From assembly GCA_051294375.1 (NCBI GenBank), contig CM119263.1, positions 6,358,932-6,422,931 on the forward strand: DNA of 64,000 bases. The letters are read 5' to 3'. Origin of the DNA: Paraspadella gotoi (Eukaryota; Animalia; Chaetognatha). Position numbers and translations under genes: made by a program. The notes beneath the pieces were generated by a model, which saw only the letters and a program-made list of their open reading frames with translations, ran no database searches and was not told the origin of the DNA. Below, one piece after another: positions 1 to 11,300 of the stretch (the stretch's first letter is position 1; each line of letters begins with the position of its first letter).

Positions 1-462
1 AGTTGCTAAATATTATCTTACGAAATAAATTCTTTCCTCTGGAATGTTCGCCTCGTTCGATGTTAATCCGGCGGCCTGGCAATCGAAAAACAACAACGAC
101 GACAACGACAACGACAACGATCAAAACTAGAAGACGTCGTAGAAATTGATGGAAAATTCTTCGACGAAGAAGAAGAATAATGTAGCCTGCAGGGGTTAGA
201 GAAGACGACGACGATGGCGACGACGAACACCGCGACGACGATGACGACGATAGCGACGTTGAATCGGATTTACATTTTCGCGACGACAAATTTTTCGTTC
301 CACCCAAAAAAGTTGGAAAAAAAGTTTATATAATATGAATGAATTATGGTTGTACTAATAATAAGCGGAGGACTGCAAAGGCGAGAGCAAATAAAAAAGC
401 AAATCAAATGGTTAAAAGAAGAAAAGAAAAGAAAAAAAAAGAAAAGAAAAGAGAATAGAAAA

Positions 463-540
463 GAATAGAATAGAATAGAATAGAATAGAATAGAATAGAA
501 TAGAATAGAATAGAATAGAATAGAATAGAATAGAATAGAA
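463..540 (+). repeat. (AATAG)n pentanucleotide microsatellite
   Basis: About 15 perfect AATAG units. Confidence 0.95.
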
Positions 541-2757
541 AAGAAAAGAGAGGAAAAATAAATTGACTCTGCGAAAACATCATAGATTCGCCAAACGCTG
601 TTTTCTTTTTTGCCGGGCGACGATTTCCGTGTGCGAAGGGTCGGGCGGCCCCGCGCGGGGGGGGGTGAGGGCTGAGCGTCTTGAGGGAGAGATGATGGAG
701 ATGATGGAGAGATCGTGATGGGGCGATTCACGGAGTTAATGAGGCGGATTAGAGGCGGGATAAAAAGGAGGAAGCGGAATCGAGCGGACCGAGTTTGGGA
801 GACGAACAGGATGGAATCATTGGTGAGTCTATGTGAGACTAGGTGAGTCTAGGTGAGTCTAGGTCTAGTCAAAAGGGCGCGGGGTCGAAAACATTGTTTA
901 CATTCGCCCAGAACCTCATCTCCAACCGCGAAACAATCTTCTTCGTCCCACGACGCGAGACTCCGACTTGTTTATTTCCTCCTTTTGTTTGTTCACGTCT
1001 AAAAAAAAAACAAAAAACAAAAAAACCAAACACAATTTTATGCCGCGTTATTTCTCGTAGAGCGAGAGAATGGGGGGTGGGGGCCAAATTAAAAAGAAAA
1101 AGAGGCGGAGGAACAAAGAAGAAAAAAGAAAATAGCAAAAGAAAAGCGAAAAATTAATGTTTTTCGCGAGAGGGAGAATTAGAAAAACCATTTTTGATTT
1201 TTAACAACAAAAACAACAAAGCAAACAACAAAATTTAAACAAAAAAGGATAATGGAGAAGAAAAGAAAGGAAGATTAAGGGAAAAAAGGAAAGAACACAA
1301 TTTGCCCTCTTTTTTTTCCTTTCTTTTTTTTTTCGTCCTCAATTTCCACGGGTTTTCCTTCGGGTCTAATTTCCCCGCGTTTTTTCGGATCTGAGACGAT
1401 CAAGGGACGGAGGACCGCGTCGGGGGATGGTGGAGAGGACGGGGGAGGGGGGGTGTTAATGATGGGGTGGTAATGGCGATGGCGGTCAAAAGGACGAGAG
1501 GTGCTGGACCGACGGACCGACAGATGGAACGGAATGACATCGATCGAAAACTGAGGCGAGATGTTTAAAGGTAAGGTCGAGAGAGAGATGATATCGGTCA
1601 GGGTAAGTGAAAGGTAAGTACGAGGGTTTTTGTTCGGATGAGACAAACGGAAAAGTTGTTGTCTTTTTTGACGCATATATGAGGCGTTTCTTGGAGACGG
1701 GACTACCGGACGTGAGGTGGAAAAGAAGATGGTGGCGTTGGCGAGGCCGACTGGGAAGGGGGTGGGTCCTTCGGGAGGGGAGAGATCTGGACCGAGATCC
1801 TTACGCCTTTGGGTTTTTTTCGGCTAAGAAAAAAAAAATCTAAGCCGAGACCCAAAATGGTCTCTCTCTCTCGAAAAAAAAAGGCCAATCGGGTCCTTGT
1901 TATTTTTTTTTTTTCTCTGTTTCAGTTTCACCTTTTCGTTCTTTTTTTTTCGTTCTTTTGTTTCCGTTTTTGTTTTCTAATCGTTTTTAGTAGCGGCTCT
2001 CAGGCACGACTAAAAACAATTGGTTCTTGGTTATTTTTTTTCTGCTGGGTCGGTTTGTAGTTGTTGTTGTTGGTTTCTTTCTTTCTCACTGAACTTTCTT
2101 TTTTCTCCTTATTTTCCTTCAGACTCTTTATACTTCTTCTTCTTCTTCTTCTCTTCTTTTTTTCTTTAAACGATCCAGATCCTCCACGCTTTTCCATGGC
2201 AGACACTTCGCCCCGTGGAAAGAGATTGACCTTTTCCCTTTTTTTTTTCATCGTTTTCATTTCATTTCTCGATCGAAAATGACAAACGTCCTACGACTTC
2301 GGATGACGGCTCATAGAAAGGGACGTTTATTTCGTTAATATAAATTTCACTAGTACTTTAATTATTAGTTTAAAGTTGTAGCTTTATGCTTAAACCGGTA
2401 AATAATATTTATACAGTTTTCACTCTCGCATCCAACTTTGATGACCACATTGACTCTCACGATCGAGTTATTTGGGTCTTTCAGTTCAAACGAGGGAGAA
2501 CTCGTGAATTGGAATGGAAACAGGCCCGAGCCTCAGGCCAGAGGCCGCTCTGGTTTTCTTTTCTTTTCTACATTTCTCTTCGGACGTTTTACGTTTTTTC
2601 CGAAGATGGGCTCTCCATCGTTTTCACTCTCTCTCTCTCTCATGTCTCTCCTCCCTCATCTCTTTCTCTTCTATCCTCGCTGTATTCTCGAGCGTCTCCA
2701 TCGAATCTCCACTCACCTCCCCTCTCATCATTCCTCTCTCTTCTCTCTCTCTCTCTC

Positions 2758-2806
<49 letters not shown>

Positions 2807-4596
2807 CCCTCTCTCCCTCAAAAAACTGTTTACTAGATAGACAAGTTATCTGGTCGTTTATAATGTTATTTAAATATTTTTACATTCTACTGATGAGGAA
2901 ATGGATGTCAATTTTGTTGATGTAACATTTCAAAATCAATCGACCCACGCGTTGAAAAATAATCTACAAAATGGGTCATTTTCCATGCCCAATTTTTAAA
3001 CAACAAATCTGCGTTACGTTAATATTTTCTTTTTGGTTCACTAAATTTTAGCTTTGGCCGAGTGACTTCATTGGTATTAAAAAAAATGATTTTCTTTGAA
3101 ATGTCTTTTGAACCAAAAATGATAGAACGAGAGGACTGGTATCACAATATTAAAGCCATAATTTGGGCATATTTTCCATATAAATTTTTCTCAAATATTT
3201 CCACGGATTTTTTTTAAAATCTGGATCGAATCTTAGTCAAAAGTATAACAACTTTCTGAAATTAATATTAAACACTTGGCTGTACTGTAAAAAAAAAAGT
3301 AAATAATAAGTAGGATTCTAAGAAAGAGAAAGAATTGATTATGTTTCTGATAAACAACAATTTTTATAGCCTCAAATTTTATATAATTTACTAAGGATAA
3401 GATTATCAATTTTGTTGAAAACAAAAAAAATTAAAAAATTCAATGAAGGAACCTTAAAAAACCATGATTGATTTAAATAATGAAAATTTTAGGAAGTTCA
3501 AAACTTGGTTCGGCTGATTTAAAAACTATCTGACATAGGGCACTAAAAGGCTATATTATCAAGATTTTTTAAAATTTTTTGTCATCTTCAAGGTGCAAAT
3601 TAAAATACCCTTTGCATAATTGCCCCATATAGCTATAATTGATATAACTATTTTTTTTGTAAAAAAAAGCAATAAACATCTTTAAATAACACGCAAATGC
3701 CAATGTAGCTGTATGCTAAGATTCGGTTGTTTTTAATTTTTTAGTTATAATACAAGGCTTTTATCAGTTATAAGGGGTAAATTGCAAAAGAAAATAAGTT
3801 ATTTCCAAAGGCTCATATTGATATCTATCGATATCAATGAATTTTCTTTATGTTCCGGACAACGAAATGTTACTAAAGACATTGTAAGTTTCCATTAGCT
3901 AATCTTAGTTTTTATAAAGTTTTAATAAAGGGCATGTTTGGCAAAAAAACAGTAGAAAACATGACAACAAATTTTTGAGAAAAAATTGGATTAATTGGCT
4001 ATTTATTTCTTTATTATGGGTCATCAATTTTTTTTTTCGTTATGTGCTTGAAGAAGTTAGGTTTAACCAACAGAATCGGATCAGTGCATGGACCGCTTGG
4101 TTATTTAATTGACTTAACAGTAAATACTACAAACAAAAAAAAATTTAAAAAGAATTCAAGACAAGCCAAACGGGTCGTGTTTATTTTCAGTATTTTTTAG
4201 TCAAGCCTTTATATTGGGAAGAAATTTTTTTCATCTTGTTCCGGCGCGTTGGACTAGCCCAAAACACTGCCATGTTTTCAAGAAAATCATCCATGGTTTT
4301 GTAATATTTACGCGCTAACGGGTGTGCAAAAAATTGCTAGGACCCAAAATTTAATCAAGAAACCGCTTCGTTTCTTCGGATATGTTTTTTTTAAGCGCCG
4401 TGAGCGAACCATAGATTCATGTTTATTCTTTCGGCTCTTCTGCCATCCTCTTCGTTCGCTGCTCGGTCCTTTCGGTTAAGGTTAAGCCGCAGGCCCGGCG
4501 TCCGCACATACTTTCGCCGTTTCTCCCACGCCCCCTCTTCCCCCCCCCTTCCTCCCCTTTCCCCCCACTTCCCGGCTTTCCGTCCTTTTTTTTCTA

Positions 4597-4940
4597 CGCC
4601 TTCGCCTTCGCCTTTGTCTTCGTCTTTATCTTTGCCTTCGTCTTCGCCTTTATCTTCGCCTTCGCCTTTATCTTCGCCTTCGCCTTTGTCTTCGTATTTT
4701 TCTTTGCCTTTGTCTTCGTCTTCGACTTTGCCTTAATCTTCGCCATTGCCCTCGCCTGTCTTTGCATTCGTCTTTGTCCTTATCTTCGTCTTCCCCTTCC
4801 TCTTTGTCTTTGCCTTTGCCTTTGTCTTTGCCTTTACCTTTGTCTCTGCCTTTACCTTTGCCTTTGCCTTTGTCTTTGTCTTAGTCTTTGCCTCTGCCTT
4901 TGCCTTTGCCTTTGTCTTTGCCTTTGCCTTCACTTTCGTC
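4597..4940 (+). repeat. Degenerate hexamer tandem repeat (TTYGYC)n
   Basis: Runs of TTCGCC/TTTGTC/TTTGCC; these generate the spurious KAKAKT and FAFAFV ORFs. Confidence 0.9.
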
Positions 4941-6352
4941 TTTTCCTTTTATCGCTTCTTTCAGACTTTTTCCTTCTGTTGCTCGACTATTGCTTTTGTT
5001 TTGTTTTTTTCTCGACTTATCTAAAATGTTTTCGTAGCCGAGTTTCCGAGAGGATCGACTTGGTTAATGTTTAGTATCGCTGATCCACGTAATGTTATTA
5101 ATTGGAAAATATAACTAAGTCGACCTCGACACTAAAATAATAAAATCCATATATTTACTTTATTTATATACATATATATTCTCGTCTTTATCCAATTCTT
5201 AAATAATAAATTATTATTTTTAGTTTGACTTTTTGATTATCCGACTCTACTTTCCACCCTTCTGTTGTGATTGTGCTCCACAACTTTCCAACCCTCGTTT
5301 TCTCACCACTTATCAAATTTCCCACTCATCTTGTTCCCTCTCTCCAATTACCACTTTCCCGATGCCACTTGCCAGTCTTGCCAGTTCTAATTATGTCATT
5401 TTCTCTCCTCTTTTCTTTTTTCCTTACCCCTTTTTCTCCCCCCTCCCCCACCCCAATTTTCAAATCTCCTTCTCTTCCCGAGCTTTTCCAACCTCGGGTT
5501 ATGTTTCGGGGAAAAACAGGATTTTTTTTTCGGGTTTTACTCGGATTTCGGTGTTGTGGTGAATCGGGCCCAAAAATATTTCTTTTATCCATGTTAATGT
5601 TGTGCATTCGTTCAAAGATTTTTATAAATTATTCTATAACTTATATGTATCTTATTCTTATTACATTTGAAAAGCTCTTTCGCAAATACATAATTACAAA
5701 TATATCTTCGCCTCACTTTTCAAAAGGTGATATTTTCCTAAAATGATAAACATTTATTTAATTTGTTTATTTTTTGATCAATATCTTCAACTACTTACCT
5801 CATCTTCTCAACTTGTCAACCTTACCACACTCCAATGCTTCGTCAGCTTCTGAGTCTCTAAACGAAGCGACATTAAAGTGTATTCCACTATTCGCTCGCT
5901 CAGCAACTTCAGGTTACCGACGAGAAAGAAAAAAAAAACCTTTCATTTCGAATCGTAGAAAATTACCCTCGCGTAGCCGTGAGTAACCATGAATTTTTTT
6001 CCCATAAAAACCGGGACAATTTTCAAACACACAATGCGTAAAGAGGATTAATCTATTTATTTCATTACTCTGACGGACTTATTCTTATTTTCGAAGATGA
6101 AAGTTAAAAAAATTATACATTATTTTTTTTTTCGCTCTCTCTCTCTCTCTCTCACTCTCTCTCACTCTGTGTTCGAAACCATAAACTCTCCCTTCGCTTC
6201 GTCGGCTGCATTTAGGAGATTAAAACTACAAGGCGTTGAGAAATCCTCTCCAATGCCTCGGAGGGAGAGAAAAAGAGAGAGAGAGAGAGAGAGGATGGGG
6301 GAAGCAGAGAAGAAGGACGAGGAGAGAGAGAAGAGAGAGAAGAGGAGAGAAG

Positions 6353-6418
<66 letters not shown>

Positions 6419-6573
6419 AGAGAGAGAAGAGAAGAAGTAGGACTCTGCTCTCGAAAGATAGCGTTGAAAAGAGGCCCGAAGCTGTTTTTGCTTTTTGCCC
6501 TCAACTGAAATTCATCTTCGTTTCGTGAAAACATTTTCCTCCTTCTACTCTCTCTTGCTCTCTTGCTTTCTTG

Positions 6574-6611
<38 letters not shown>

Positions 6612-7646
6612 ATCTCTCTCTCTATCACCTGTTCTCCCCTTTCCCGCCCTAAAACGGAGCAATATTTTTAACGCTACACAGGAATTTTATACTAACTTTA
6701 GTCTAGAATTAAATATTTGTGAATTAATTATTAACATTGATTTTCATTCGAGAAGAAGGATTCCTGATCCGGGGGCTGAGAGGGAGAGGGATTCCGACGA
6801 GGGCGATTGGATCCCACGACGAGTCGGGGGCAGGGGTACGGAGATGGCGGCCGCTGATTGGACGACGAAGCTGATGGGGGAAAATGATCAGGGGTTTGGG
6901 GGCGGGGAATGTGGAGATTGAATGAAGGAACAGTATCCATAACAGCATTCACTCCAGACTCCGCAGCACGCAACAGCACATGATCAACCTGAAGGCGCGT
7001 CCTCCCTCGGCGTCCGATTTAAATACTTGAGTTGGAAAAAAAAATCGCGATGCTGGTCGCGAGGCCTGACGGACAGAGGGAGCGGAGTAGAGAGAGAGAG
7101 AAGATGAGAGATGAGACATATTGAGAGATGCGCTTGTGAGAGGCTAGGACGAACTACGCGAGCTGAAGAATGAAAGAGAACGGTGACCTGAATGATTAGC
7201 CGAGGAAGACTGACGAGAGAGAGAGATGAGAGAGAGAGAGCCCTAGAGGTAGGCTGGTAGTGACACTGCGGAGTAGGGGGGCTGCACCGCTCCTAGTAAT
7301 GAGAACCAGAACGAGATGAGGAGAGAGAGACAGAAAATTAAACTCATTAACGACAACTAAATCGACAATAGAAAAAAATCAAACCTAATTGGAACCTGAA
7401 TGCCTCGCATTGACGACGGTCGTTTCCGAGGACTCCGAATAACTCGTCGACCTTTTGGAAAGATAATTTTTTTCGTTAAGGACGCGATTCGACGAAACCG
7501 ATGCACTTTTGACGCTGAATCCAGACGTTGAAAATTTAATTTAATTTAATTTAATTTTCGATTAAATTTTAATGCTTTGAATGAGATGATGATAACGACG
7601 AAGATAACGCTAGCCTTTTCCTCAATCATTCGTATATCTGTGAACG

Positions 7647-7677
<31 letters not shown>

Positions 7678-8119
7678 AGAGCCTAAGGCCCGATCCAAAA
7701 TTCCGGGAGGCGTGGCAACTGAGGAATATATCTATAATCTATATAGAGTACCCGCCCCCAATAACAAAAAGAATGTTCTCCTTTCTTTATACCACATTTT
7801 AAATTAGATTTAATATTTTTTTATGATTCGTACAGAGCGAAGAAATATCGATTCGAGCACACAACTCTCACGGCCTCACGCGAATCTAATCGATTCCTAT
7901 TCCTCTGCATCACGAAAGCGTTTTTAATAGGAATGTCATCTCTAGTTCATTGATCTAAACATCGACTCTCCAGACCCAAGCCCCTTGCAATCTCCCTCCC
8001 CCCCCCCTTCCTCACTCCGGCCTCTCCCGGTCAAAACGATCGAAAGTGCATCGGTCGAAACGAATCGCATCGATGGAACAGAGGCGATTCCACCCGGATG
8101 TAATCCGGATTTACGCGTC

Positions 8120-8337
8120 TCACGTGTTCTTCCTCTCTTCGACTCCTTCGTCTGCTTCCGCTCTGGCGACGAGGTCTTCGTAACTCGTCTCCGTGTCTCC
8201 CTTTTGGCTGCAAATGTTGTCGATCACGAAAATCTCGTTGACGCGCGACGGTGGGCGTGGCGTCTCTGAGGAACGGACGCGCCGACAGGCATTGTATCGC
8301 TTAGTTAGATGACAATTTAACCTTTAATTTTTAGGCT

Positions 8338-8394
<57 letters not shown>

Positions 8395-11300
8395 CCTCTC
8401 ACTTCCTGCGCTGGTTCCCGTACGATCGAATGACCGTCCACCTTCTTCCGGCGAGGCGTTCTCATTCCCAGTCTCTGGTCGCGACCTTAATCAATAATAT
8501 CACCAAAAAATTGGCCACCTATTGACAAATTGCGACAAAAGAAATGGCGAAAACAAAAGATAACGTCTTCTAATGATGTGTTTTAAGTTTTATGGTAATT
8601 TTAACTCTTGTAAGGTTTCAACATTTGTGGAACAAAATGTTTCAGAAGGATGGCCGACAAGTGACCGAGAAGAGAGAGAAATAAAGTTTGAGGCTGAACC
8701 GCCTATGTCGCTTTTTCACAATTACCAAAAACCAAACTTACCACGGTACTGGAGAAGATTTATCCATGTATTCGTCCAACGCCACGTCGGCATCGCTTCC
8801 GTCCATGCCGTCTCCATCATCGTCTTCATCCTTTGACCTCTCGGAACCGGTCCCGTCCGGCGGCTCCGGCTTGAGAAGTTCCGCCCGCGTCTCCAGCGTA
8901 GATTGAAAGTTCTTGAGGATCGAGGGTTGATTTCGCGAAGTCGGCGACTCGGAAAAGTCCGACTCGTCTGCTTCGTAGGCGGACTTGCCGCCGGTGTCCC
9001 GGTTGATCGAGGGCAGACGGTCGACCGACGATGTCCGACGAAGAGAGGAGGCAGAGTCGAGAGGCTTCAAGTCGTCCTCCCGGGCGACGTCGGCGGCCGA
9101 AGAATCCCCCGGGGCTTTGACAGATGGTATTAGAGGCGTGAGTGGGGTTTCAGACTCGAAGATCGGCTGCAGGTGTTTCTGTTCCGCTCTCTGTTTCGAA
9201 GAGGTCGTCGTTTCAACTGAAGAGGTTTGTTGGGTGGCGGTTGCATCCGTGAAACCTTTGGCTTTGCTCAACTGCAAAGGCAGCAGCTCTTCGTTATCGG
9301 CGGGAATTACGGTGGAAACCGACGAAAGCTTTTCATGATGTGGGATTTCTGACGGCAAGCCTGAAGGTTCACCTAACGGCTTTGAAGTTGGTTTCTTGGG
9401 TTTTGCATTGGCAGGACCCGTTGACTCATCACGAGATTCATTGTCCGCTGAAGTATGAAAGCGGTACGGTATTAAATCAGGATCGTTGTACGGATGAGCT
9501 CGAGTTCTATTTTTTGTTTCATGCAGATGTTTCTCATACTCTTTCGTTTCTAAGTTAATTGGTTGCTCCGGTATTATCTTTTCTCCTTCACGATTAGAAA
9601 CGGGATTAAATGAGCTTATGTCGTTTGACAGCAGTAACTCGGCATTGTCGTAAGGATGTGCTCTGATAATCTTTTTCGATCTTTGAGAAGTTACGCCTTC
9701 CGTTTTGTTTTCAATGGGACCATCGTTATAAGTTTGTTGTAATTGCACTTCGTTATAACTCTGCGCTCTCATTCTTTTTTTAGCAGCCTTGGTTAGTTCT
9801 TTTTCTTTTGCTTCTTGATTCAAAGGCGTTTCTTCTTTCGTAATATGCGCTTTTGTGTTGCCCATCAGATGTGCTTTTGTTATCTTCTTGGCTCGATGTG
9901 GAAATTCTTCTTTTACAATTTGATCCAATTGGCCTTCTTCGTTCGGCAGTCGCAGCTTCGGACTTGAATCATAGTTTTTCAATTTGTTCTGATCATTTGA
10001 AGCCTGAACGTTATTATCTTTAATCAAGCTGAAAGTTACCAGATCTTTTTCACATTCAACTATAGAAGCGCGATGTCTCACATCTGTGTTTCGAATTGAT
10101 ATCATAGCGCAAGAAAGATCTGGTAAATCCAAAGATGCTTCTTGTCGATTTTTGTTCTCGTCCAGCAATCCATGACTGACGTTGTCATTGTATTCAACAT
10201 TTTTTCCTTGAATCTCTACCATCTGTTGTTTTATTTGCTTGCTTTTTAAAATAGGTTGTGAATGAGTCTGCTTTTTAGCTGTTTTTATTTGCTTTTCATC
10301 ACTTTTTTTCGGTAAAACAAGATCGTCGGAAAACGCTTCTTTCTTTTCGTCATCAATTCTATTATATTCTGGGCGAATTTCAAACTTTTCTGGAATTGTT
10401 TCCATCCTGTACTTTTTATCAGAATAATGAATTTTTTTTCTTGGTTCAGTTAAACTTTCTTGAACACAACTTGTAGCGTTTAATCTTTGGGCTTGAAGAA
10501 AATGAACTGCTTGCTCCTTTGTATTTAATTCTGACATCAGTGGTTGTGGAACACTTTTACATATACTAGCTTCTATTTTCTCCGGAATTTCATTCTTTAC
10601 CAACTGAAATTGATCCTTCGCATTTTTGAATAATTTCATATGCTGGTGACTCCATATTCCGCGTTCATCCTCTGGCTGCTCATGAGCCGTAACAATTTCC
10701 GGAAGTACTAAAGCATTGACTGAAACGTTAAACTCTGGAACCTCTTCGTAATACATGGTGCTGTCGTAACCCAAATCCGATGCTCTATCCCGACTGTCTG
10801 GCGTCATAGTCTCAAAATCATCTCTATAACTCCTTTCAGATCCTTGACATTTGGCGCACGTCTTCTTGTAAGCAAAACTTGTTGTGGGGACGTCCAGCGG
10901 GTCGTGAGTTTCCGTGCGAGGCCATTTCTGCATCTTTGGCACTCCCGATTGGTAGCTGGGCCTACTAGGATCGCCCTTGTTGATCACGGCCGCAACTGGT
11001 TGGTCCACGAGAGAGTAACGGTTTTCAGTGGCGAGAGGATCATTCCATGTTACTTTGTACCGATTTTTGGTCACGGATGATGGTTTCGCCTTTGACCTCT
11101 CATCGTCTCGACTTTTTGGAACCGCGTCCATCTCGACTTGACAAGTTAAGGGTTCCGCTGTCGCTACTATCCCTTCCTTTTTGGTCTGCTCCTCGGCGAT
11201 CAGCGTTTGAAAGACTTGATTCTTCAGCGACTTCACATCCGACTTAATATCCGCCAACTCTGGAGTCAATGAATCAAAACCTCTTTAAAATGCTAACCAA

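Noticed and set aside
2970-4380. AT-rich block starting GGGTCATTTTCCATGCC, suspected DNA-transposon relic
   Set aside because: No matching second terminus or transposase remnant could be identified.
4733-5024. Histone-H1-like KAKAKT ORF and antisense FAFAFV 'membrane' ORF
   Set aside because: Both arise from a hexamer tandem repeat, with no unique coding sequence or proper start.
6097-6534. ORFs rich in ERERER / SLSLSL (also at 2386-2925, 14648-15181, 16046-16894, 19071-19763, 38417-39084 and others)
   Set aside because: They are translations of (GA)n/(CT)n microsatellites, which lack stops in all frames; there is no splice or domain support.
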